64,000 nucleotides of DNA. It comes from Rhodospirillaceae bacterium. GTDB taxonomy: Bacteria; Pseudomonadota; Alphaproteobacteria; UBA6615. The notes below the pieces were generated by a model. It ran no database searches and was not told the DNA's origin. It saw only the letters and a program-made list of their open reading frames with translations. Of this stretch, positions 37,111-44,149 are shown piece after piece. Made by a program: the position numbers and the translations under genes. The DNA is taken from assembly GCA_038132575.1 (NCBI GenBank), contig JAYPRP010000001.1, positions 78,747 through 142,746 of the forward strand, in the 5' to 3' direction. How positions within the stretch are numbered: the stretch's first letter is position 1; each line of letters starts with the position of its first letter.

Positions 37111-37560
37111 CTATTGGCAGAGACCGCGCAGGATCCGGTAGGAGACCTCGGTGTCGTCCGCGGTCGCGCCGATGAACCGGTACCAGGCCGGGAAGTTGTA
37201 GGACGCGGTCCCGGCGCGTTTCGCGGCCAGGAAGGCCTCGTTGGGCTGCCAGTCGTCGCCCTCGAAGCCCGCGACCTCGACCCGGTAGGCGTCGGGTCGC
37301 GTTCCCCACCATTGCAGGCATTGATTGCTGCCGACGCGGATTGGCGCACTCGGTGTCCCGCCGGCGAGGGAGAGGATGTTCGACGCACCGTCCCGCTCGC
37401 GGTGTTCCGGGTCCTGGTTGATATCCGAAACAACCTCGCTCGCGGCCGGGCTTGTCGTTGCCGTATCGACGGAGAAGTAGCGCCCGGCGATGACGACAAG
37501 CGCGGCAACAATGGCGACGAGGATGATCTCGCGGCGTTTCCTGAGCATCGGAGGGCCCAT
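37111..37560 (-). CDS. Hypothetical membrane-anchored protein
   Basis: ORF 37111..37560 (alternative ATG 37548). One N-terminal hydrophobic helix IILVAIVAALVVIAG and two Cys. No recognisable family. Confidence 0.5.
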   Translation of the reverse strand: MGPPMLRKRREIILVAIVAALVVIAGRYFSVDTATTSPAASEVVSDINQDPEHRERDGASNILSLAGGTPSAPIRVGSNQCLQWWGTRPDAYRVEVAGFEGDDWQPNEAFLAAKRAGTASYNFPAWYRFIGATADDTEVSYRILRGLCQ

Positions 37561-37605
37561 ACGGTTAAGGGATGCGCCTCTCGTGGCGCGTGAGCGGTCA
37601 GGCTA

Positions 37606-38673
37606 TCACGTACGGTGTTCGCTGCCGACAGCTTCGGTAATGTTCGCATGGCCGTCGCGCGCGAGCGCGTCCGCCAGGTCCCGCTTGATGCGTTGGACGA
37701 GTCTGGGCCCGCCATAGACCAGGCCGGTGTAGAGCTGCACCAGGCTCGCGCCGGCCCGGATCTTCGTGTAGGCGTCCGCGCCGCTCATGATGCCGCCGAC
37801 GCCGATCAGCGGCACCGTGCCGCCGGTCTGGTCATAGACTTCCCGCAGCATGGCGTTGGACATCTCGAACAATGGCGTGCCGGACAGGCCGCCGCGCTCT
37901 TTCGCATGGGGGCTCGCGAGCGATTCCGGCCGGGCGGTCGTGGTGTTGCACAGGGTGATGGCGTCGATGCCCGCGGCCACGATGATCGTGATCAGCTCGC
38001 GCAGATGGCCGGCTTCCAGGTCCGGGGCGAGCTTGGCCACCATCGCGGGCCGGGCGCCGGATGCGTCGCGCGCGGCGTTGAGGCGCGCCAGCAGGTCCTC
38101 CAGTGCGCGCGGTTCGAGGAAGACCTGGCCGTTTTCCGTGTTGGGGCAGGAGACGTCGATGGTCAGATAATCGCCCGCCCGAGCGAAGCCCGCGACCAGG
38201 TCGATGAAGTCCTGCGCCGGGTCGGCGCTAGTCGCGTTGGCCGCCAGGTTCACCCCGATGGGTGGCAGCGCGTTGCCGCTGGCCCGGTGGGTCTCGAGGC
38301 GGGCGCGCACCGCGTCGGCTCCGTCATTGTTGAAACCCAGGCGGTTGATCGCCGCGCGGTCGGGGGTCAGGCGAAACAGCCGGGGGCGCGGGTTCCCGGC
38401 CTGGGGCCGCGGCGTGACGCCGCCCACCTCGATGAACCCGCCGCCCAGGCGCGCGACACCGGTGACCGCAACGGCGTTCTTGTCGAAGCCGGCCGAGACG
38501 CCGACCGGGTTCGCGAACCGGAGGCCGAAGAGCGTTTGCTCGAGGACGGGAAAATCGTCCGCCCGTTCGCGCGGGCCCAACCCTGCCACCAGGCCACGCA
38601 ATGCCAGACCATGCGCTGTTTCCGGCGGAAACAGGCGGAGCGCAAGATTGCCGATTTGATGGATGGTGCCCAA
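37606..38673 (-). CDS. pyrD: Dihydroorotate dehydrogenase (quinone), class 2
   Basis: ORF 37606..38673 (TTG start). PPETAHGL, NPVGVSAGFDKN, GFIEVGGVTP, NLAANA, GGLSG, IGVGGI. Confidence 0.9.
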   Translation of the reverse strand: MGTIHQIGNLALRLFPPETAHGLALRGLVAGLGPRERADDFPVLEQTLFGLRFANPVGVSAGFDKNAVAVTGVARLGGGFIEVGGVTPRPQAGNPRPRLFRLTPDRAAINRLGFNNDGADAVRARLETHRASGNALPPIGVNLAANATSADPAQDFIDLVAGFARAGDYLTIDVSCPNTENGQVFLEPRALEDLLARLNAARDASGARPAMVAKLAPDLEAGHLRELITIIVAAGIDAITLCNTTTARPESLASPHAKERGGLSGTPLFEMSNAMLREVYDQTGGTVPLIGVGGIMSGADAYTKIRAGASLVQLYTGLVYGGPRLVQRIKRDLADALARDGHANITEAVGSEHRT

Positions 38674-38727
38674 AACGGCGCGGAGGCTAGCGCAGAACGT
38701 GCGCGTGGAGAAGGGGCAGCTATGATC

Positions 38728-38895
38728 CTAGCTGTTGTTTCCGTCTCCGCTGGCGTCGCGTGCAATGCGTGCCGCGACGAGGCGGTCGGCCTCTGCGATC
38801 TCCTGGTGTGTCAGGCGTGAGACCACCCGCTGTCGCAGTTCGGAGGCCTCGGTGTTTCCGTTATGCGCCGAAAGCGAAGCCCAGATGTACGCCAC
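38728..38895 (-). pseudogene. Detached C-terminal Sel1-repeat segment, in frame with the upstream Sel1 gene across a TAG
   Basis: After TAG 38908-38910 the same frame reads EDPR then VAYIWASLSAHNGNTEASELRQRVVSRLTHQEIAEADRLVAARIAR. An AGGAGGA SD overlaps the TAG and a GTG lies at 38895. Confidence 0.45.
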
Positions 38896-38907
38896 CCGTG
38901 GATCCTC

Positions 38908-39789
38908 CTAGGTGCCTGCGCCCTTGGAATAGGCCTGGGCGAGGCGGTACTGGGCGGTCGCATCGGACTGGACCGCCGCCAGTGTCCACCATTCGTAAGC
39001 GCGCCGGTGGTCGGGTTTGCCGTCAATCCAGTTGTTGTGGAGGTCGCCGAGCCGAAGCTGAGCCGCGGCCAATCCGCTCTCCGCGGCGCGTTCAATCCAG
39101 AGTAGTCCGCGCTTCGGGTCATAGTCGCCCGCGAGACCGCGCATCAGTGTATCGCCGAAAAGCAGCTGCGCCTTGTGGTGGCCGGCTTCGGCCGCCTCGG
39201 CCAGCCAGCCAGCCGCCTTTTCCGGGTTCATGCGAACAATCTTGCCGTCGAGAAGGATGCGTGCGCCCAGATACTGGGCATCCGCGTTGCCTTCATCGGC
39301 GGCGATGGTCAGCCAGTGGACCGATTCCTTGCCGTCCTTGCGCACGCCATTGCCGCGATAATACTGGCGGCCAAGCAGGTAGGCCGCGTCGGCATACCCC
39401 TGTTCGGCGGACATGCGATAGAGGATATGTGCCTCTTCGACATCCTTGATGCCGCCGATCCCCTGTTCATACATGCGTCCGAGCACGGCCTGGGCCGGCG
39501 GATAGTTGGACGATGCGGATTTTTCGAGCCAGTCGCGCGCGACCTCGGGGTTTGCGTCGAAGCCCCGGCCAAGCAGGTACATTGTCCCCAGGAGCCATTG
39601 CGCGGCAGGGTTCCCGTGCGCCGCATCGGATTTCGCCAGCCGGCGCGCCCGATCGTAGTCCTTGGCGATATAATGATCGAACGCGGTCGCAAAATCGGCT
39701 GCGGCGGGGGCTGCATTGCCGACGAGCCCCAGTATCATTGCGGCGAGCAGCGCGGCTCGCGTGTGGCGGACGAACCCGGAATGGCTCAT
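38908..39789 (-). CDS. Sel1-repeat (TPR-like) secreted protein, possibly truncated
   Basis: ORF 38908..39831. GGAGGAG SD and ATG 39789. Signal peptide AALLAAMILGLVGNAAPAAA. Repeated A..W..KSA..G...AQ..LG..Y..G.G units. Confidence 0.8.
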   Translation of the reverse strand: MSHSGFVRHTRAALLAAMILGLVGNAAPAAADFATAFDHYIAKDYDRARRLAKSDAAHGNPAAQWLLGTMYLLGRGFDANPEVARDWLEKSASSNYPPAQAVLGRMYEQGIGGIKDVEEAHILYRMSAEQGYADAAYLLGRQYYRGNGVRKDGKESVHWLTIAADEGNADAQYLGARILLDGKIVRMNPEKAAGWLAEAAEAGHHKAQLLFGDTLMRGLAGDYDPKRGLLWIERAAESGLAAAQLRLGDLHNNWIDGKPDHRRAYEWWTLAAVQSDATAQYRLAQAYSKGAGT

Positions 39790-39904
39790 CGAAAATACTC
39801 CTCCGGCGCGGTGGCTTGATACCGCGCCCAATCGCGAGCGATGTTACAGGAATCGACCCGGCGGTGAAGTCCGCCGTTCGAATTTTTCGCATGGTCCCGG
39901 AGGG

Positions 39905-40543
39905 CTAGATCACGCGATCGATGAAGGCCGTGACATGCTTCACGGCGGCATCGATATTGTTGCTCTCGGTACGACCGGAGGATTTGCGCGGCACGAAGGA
40001 ATGATCGCCGTCGTCGATCCACGCGATCTCGATAGGGGCGGCGAGCCTGTAGGCGGCGACATCGTCGGGTGTCCCGAAGCGGTCGCGATCGCCCTGGACG
40101 ATCAGGACGGGACAGGTCGCCTTTTGCAGCGGTTCGAGCCGCGTCTTCTCGGGTTTGCCGGGAGGGTGAAAAGGATATCCCAGGCAGATCACGCGGGTGA
40201 TTTCCGGTCCGTTTCCCGACCAGTGTTCCGGCTCGGCGGCGAAGGTGGCGGCGGCGCGGCCACCCATCGACTTACCGCCGATAAAAATCGGCGCGGCCGG
40301 CCCGGGAAGCTCGGAGATTATCGTGCGCCAGGTGTAGCGCAGCACCGGCATCCGGTCAGGGCCGCGCCGTTTGCCGTCGTCGCGCCGTTTCGCCATGTAG
40401 GGAAATTCGAAACGGATCGCCTGCACGCCAGCAGCCGCGAGGCCGCCGCTGACTGCGTTCATGAAGGGGGTGTCCATCGGGGCGCCGGCACCGTGGGCAA
40501 AGAGAAAACGTGCGCGGGGCGCCGCGGGACCGTCGATCAGCAT
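39905..40543 (-). CDS. Alpha/beta hydrolase fold protein (dienelactone hydrolase-like, COG3571-type)
   Basis: ORF 39905..40543. FAHGAGAPMD, GGKSMGGR nucleophile elbow, QGDRDRFG. Confidence 0.75.
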   Translation of the reverse strand: MLIDGPAAPRARFLFAHGAGAPMDTPFMNAVSGGLAAAGVQAIRFEFPYMAKRRDDGKRRGPDRMPVLRYTWRTIISELPGPAAPIFIGGKSMGGRAAATFAAEPEHWSGNGPEITRVICLGYPFHPPGKPEKTRLEPLQKATCPVLIVQGDRDRFGTPDDVAAYRLAAPIEIAWIDDGDHSFVPRKSSGRTESNNIDAAVKHVTAFIDRVI

Positions 40544-40562
40544 TCGGGTGTCGCTCCGCCGA

Positions 40563-40781
40563 CTAGTCGTACGGCGTTAACTGCACCACCGCGTTCTTAT
40601 TGATCAAGTGGACGATTGCGGCCTCGTCGATGAAGGTAAAGAAAGGTTCCGGTGCGTTTAGCAGATCCTGGATGCGCGACGTCGCCTCGACGAAGATCTG
40701 GCCGCTCATCTCAGCCCAGTCGCGCAGCCGAAGGTCGGCGCGGACGCGCACCTTTGGAATCTTTGGAAAAGATACCGGCAT
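40563..40781 (-). CDS. Small hypothetical protein (72 aa; up to 92 aa from GTG 40841)
   Basis: ORF 40563..40841. Ends 19 nt before the hydrolase start, which has its own GGAG SD. No family recognised. Confidence 0.45.
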   Translation of the reverse strand: MPVSFPKIPKVRVRADLRLRDWAEMSGQIFVEATSRIQDLLNAPEPFFTFIDEAAIVHLINKNAVVQLTPYD

Positions 40782-40862
40782 CGTTTCGATCCGTCGTCTT
40801 GCCGGGCGCATTGCCCGGTTGGCTTTTGCTAGTATGGGCACGGAATGGTTTAGGAGTTGTGA

Positions 40863-42287
40863 ATGTCGTTAACGGAACTGACCCGGCTGTCGGCGCGTGA
40901 TGCCGTCGCCCTTCTGCGCCGGGGCGAAGTTTCGCCCGTCGAGCTCGTGGACGCGGCCGCCGAGCGGATCGCCGAGGTGGACCCGGCGGTCAATGCGGTA
41001 CCGACCCGGTGTGTCGAGATGGCGCGCGAGGCGGCGGCAGCGGTTCGCGTGCCCGACAATCCTGAGGCTGGCTGGCTCGCGGGACTGCCGATCCTGATCA
41101 AGGATCTCACCGACGTGGCGGGGGTACGCACGACCTACGGTTCGCCGATCTTTGCCGATTACGTGCCGGAGCGCGACGACCTGATGGTCGCACGGCTGAA
41201 GCGCAACGGTGCCATCGTGATGGGCAAGACCAACACGCCGGAGTTCGGGGCCGGCGCGAACACCTTCAACGAGGTGTTCGGCAAGACCCGGAACCCCTGG
41301 AACACGGACATGACCTGCGGCGGCTCGTCCGGTGGGGCGGCCGTGGCGCTGGCGACGGGCATGACCTGGCTCGCGACCGGCTCGGATCTCGGGGGCTCGC
41401 TGCGCACGCCGGCGAGTTTCTGCTCCGTCGTCGGCATGCGCCCCACGCCCGGGCGCGTTCCGATGGGGCCGACGAGCGATCCTTTCCAGACCCTGTCCAT
41501 GAACGGCCCGATGGGCCGGAACGTCGCCGACCTGGCATTGCTGCTAGATGCGCAGGTCGGCATCGAGCCGGGCTTTCCGCTGTCGCTCCCGGTCCCGGAA
41601 ACCTCGTTCGAGACCGCGGCCCTGAGCCCGGCGCTTCCCGGCAGTATCGGGTTCTCGCCGAATCTCGGGATCGGTCCGGTGGATGCGGAGGTCGCCGAGA
41701 TCTGCCGCGCGGCGGTTGGACGGCTCGCGGGTGCGGAGACCACGGTCGAGGAAGCCTGCCCCGATTTCTCGGGGGCGCTGGACATCTTCCAGACGCTTCG
41801 CGCGGCCCTGTTCGTGACCGGGCGTGCCTCTCTCCTCGAAAATCACCGCGACGCGCTGAAGCCCGAGATGATCTGGAACATCGAGAAGGGCATGAAGCTC
41901 ACCGCCGCGGAGATCGGCCGCGCCCAGGTGGAGCGCGGGCATCTGACCCGGCGGGTGGCCGATTGGTTCGAAACCCACGATATCCTGGCCTGTCCGGTGG
42001 CGATCGTGCCGCCCTTCGACGTGGACATCCGCTATGTCGAGCGGGTCGGGGACCATGCCTTCGACAACTATGTCGACTGGCTCTACATCGTGGCGGCGAT
42101 CACGCTCACCGGCTGCCCGGCGATTTCGGTGCCATGCGGCTTCACCGCGTCCGGTCTCCCGGTCGGACTGCAGCTCGTGGCGCCGGCGCGCGACGAGGCG
42201 AAACTGCTGTCCGTTGCGGCTGCGGCGGAGGAAATCTTCGGCATTGCGGGCCAGGTACCGATGGATCCGCGTGTCCCGAACCATTGA
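40863..42287 (+). CDS. Amidase (amidase-signature family)
   Basis: ORF 40863..42287. GGSSGGAAVA...GSDLGGSLRTPASFC signature. Confidence 0.85.
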   Translation: MSLTELTRLSARDAVALLRRGEVSPVELVDAAAERIAEVDPAVNAVPTRCVEMAREAAAAVRVPDNPEAGWLAGLPILIKDLTDVAGVRTTYGSPIFADYVPERDDLMVARLKRNGAIVMGKTNTPEFGAGANTFNEVFGKTRNPWNTDMTCGGSSGGAAVALATGMTWLATGSDLGGSLRTPASFCSVVGMRPTPGRVPMGPTSDPFQTLSMNGPMGRNVADLALLLDAQVGIEPGFPLSLPVPETSFETAALSPALPGSIGFSPNLGIGPVDAEVAEICRAAVGRLAGAETTVEEACPDFSGALDIFQTLRAALFVTGRASLLENHRDALKPEMIWNIEKGMKLTAAEIGRAQVERGHLTRRVADWFETHDILACPVAIVPPFDVDIRYVERVGDHAFDNYVDWLYIVAAITLTGCPAISVPCGFTASGLPVGLQLVAPARDEAKLLSVAAAAEEIFGIAGQVPMDPRVPNH

Positions 42288-42379
42288 TCGACCCGGGTCA
42301 TGTTGCGTAGCACATAGAAAATATTGCGGTGAAGCATGGCCCGGAGTCGGTAGCAGCGACGGGTGCTTCAAATAATTAT

Positions 42380-42404
42380 AAATAATAACAATAACTTATT
42401 ATTT
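42380..42404. repeat. Perfect 9-bp inverted repeat AAATAATAA-N7-TTATTATTT inside an extreme AT tract
   Basis: Read directly. The surrounding 42371-42405 has only 2 G/C in 35 nt, in an otherwise GC-rich window. Confidence 0.9.
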
Positions 42405-42481
42405 TTCGGACAATTCCTTGCGTTTCGGAATAGTGCGGCGCACCATAATTTGTGTTGCACAATCTAACCAAGGGTTTCCAT

Positions 42482-42982
42482 ATGTCGGTTGACATTATCG
42501 AGCCGGTCGCAAAGTCCCAGCCGCCGGTTACCGCCGATCCCATCGAAGAGTTGAGCGGGTATTTTTTCGAGGATCTGGAGCCGGGCATGACTGCCGCCTA
42601 TGCGCGCACGATCGGCCCGGCCGATCTGGTCATGTTCGCCGGAATCTCGGGCGATACGAACCCGATGCATCTCAACGAGGAGTATGCGGAGCGCACGATG
42701 TTCGAGGGCACAATTGCCCATGGCATGCTTTGCTCGAGCTTCATCTCGACCGTCGTCGGGACCCGGCTCCCCGGGCCGGGTTGCGTCTATATCAGCCAGA
42801 ATCTCAAGTTCAAGGCGCCGGTGCGCCCCGGCGACACCGTCACGGCGCGCGCCACCGTCATCGAGCTGAAGCCGGAGAAATCCCGGGTGACCCTCGAGAC
42901 GGTCTGCACCGTCGGCGACACGGTCGTCATCTCGGGCCAGGCCGAAGTCCTGGTGCCGCGCCGGAACACGCACCACGCCTGA
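42482..42982 (+). CDS. MaoC-like (R)-specific enoyl-CoA hydratase / dehydratase
   Basis: ORF 42452..42982. ATG 42482. FAGISGDTNPMHLNEEYA and IAHGML hotdog motifs. Confidence 0.85.
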   Translation: MSVDIIEPVAKSQPPVTADPIEELSGYFFEDLEPGMTAAYARTIGPADLVMFAGISGDTNPMHLNEEYAERTMFEGTIAHGMLCSSFISTVVGTRLPGPGCVYISQNLKFKAPVRPGDTVTARATVIELKPEKSRVTLETVCTVGDTVVISGQAEVLVPRRNTHHA

Positions 42983-43097
42983 ACCGGGTGGCCTGGCGCG
43001 CGGGACGGACCCGCGCGGCGTTTCGTCTCGACGCCGTGGCCTGGTCCCCAGCTTATCAACGCTTGATCAACGTCGGGGCGGCGCGTACACCCCGCCC

Positions 43098-44075
43098 ATG
43101 CGGATTTTCAGACATGTTGGCGAGCTTCCGGATTCCGCGCGGGATGCGGTAGTTGCCATCGGTAATTTCGACGGGTTGCATCGCGGCCACCAGCAGGTGA
43201 TCGCGACCGCACGGGACATTGCGCGTGCCCAGTCACGCCAGTTCGGCGCGCTGACGTTTGAGCCGCATCCACGTGCCTTTTTCGGGCCCGTGGATGAACC
43301 ATTTCGGCTGACACCGTTCCGTATCAAGGTCCGCGAGTTCCAGGCGCTCGGCGTCGAGCTGCTTTACGTGCTACGGTTTAACCAGGCGCTAGCTGGGCGT
43401 TCGGCCGAGGATTTTCTTTCCAACCTGCTGCACAGCGGTATCGGGCCAGCCCACGTGGTGGTGGGCCAAAACTTCAAGTTCGGTTCGGGCCGGGACGGCG
43501 ATTTCGATCTGCTCGCGGCGCGCGGCCGCGAGCTCGGGTTTGACGTCACGTGCGTGGAACTCGCACGTGACGAGGTCGACGAGGTCTACTCCTCGACCCT
43601 CATCCGAAAGTATCTGACCAACGGGCAGCCGCAGCGCGCAGCGGCACTGCTCGGTCACCTGTGGGAGGTCGAGGGACGGGTCGATTCCGGGCGTCAACTC
43701 GGCCGCACGATCGGTTTCCCGACCGCGAATGTGGACCTCGGCGAGGCAATCCACCCCGCGCGCGGGGTTTACTCCATCCGCGGCGGCCTGCGCGATGGCG
43801 AGACGATGCGCTGGTACGACGGGGTCGCCAATCTCGGTGTCCGGCCGACCGTGGACGGCGAGACGCTGGTCCTCGAGGCGCACCTGTTCGACTTCGACGA
43901 GGATATCTACGGGCGCTATCTGCGCGTGGCCTTCGTGGACTTCCTGCGGCCGGAGCAGAAGTTCGACGGGATCGACGCGCTGAAGGCGCAGATCGCGGAG
44001 GATTCGCGCCAGGCTCGGGAATTGCTGCAGGCGCGCGCGCTCGGCGCCGGTGATTTTATCGGCGAGGATATGTAA
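43098..44075 (+). CDS. ribF: Bifunctional riboflavin kinase / FMN adenylyltransferase
   Basis: ORF 43098..44075. AIGNFDGLHRGHQ, GRQLGRTIGFPTAN, RPEQKFDGIDALKAQI. Confidence 0.9.
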   Translation: MRIFRHVGELPDSARDAVVAIGNFDGLHRGHQQVIATARDIARAQSRQFGALTFEPHPRAFFGPVDEPFRLTPFRIKVREFQALGVELLYVLRFNQALAGRSAEDFLSNLLHSGIGPAHVVVGQNFKFGSGRDGDFDLLAARGRELGFDVTCVELARDEVDEVYSSTLIRKYLTNGQPQRAAALLGHLWEVEGRVDSGRQLGRTIGFPTANVDLGEAIHPARGVYSIRGGLRDGETMRWYDGVANLGVRPTVDGETLVLEAHLFDFDEDIYGRYLRVAFVDFLRPEQKFDGIDALKAQIAEDSRQARELLQARALGAGDFIGEDM

Positions 44076-44149
44076 AACGCCGGATGTCCGGCTGTTGCCG
44101 TCATGCGAGCGCCGCACTATAAGCCGCTCGATCGCCCTGGGAACAAAAC

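Noticed and set aside
13339-38910. Genome-wide reassignment of TAG to a sense codon.
   Set aside because: Many intact, full-length genes in this window terminate at TAG at the expected protein end. These include the amidase, citE-like, flavoprotein, Gfo, LLM, FAH, egtD, HMGL-like and ileS genes. No suppressor tRNA is present in the window.
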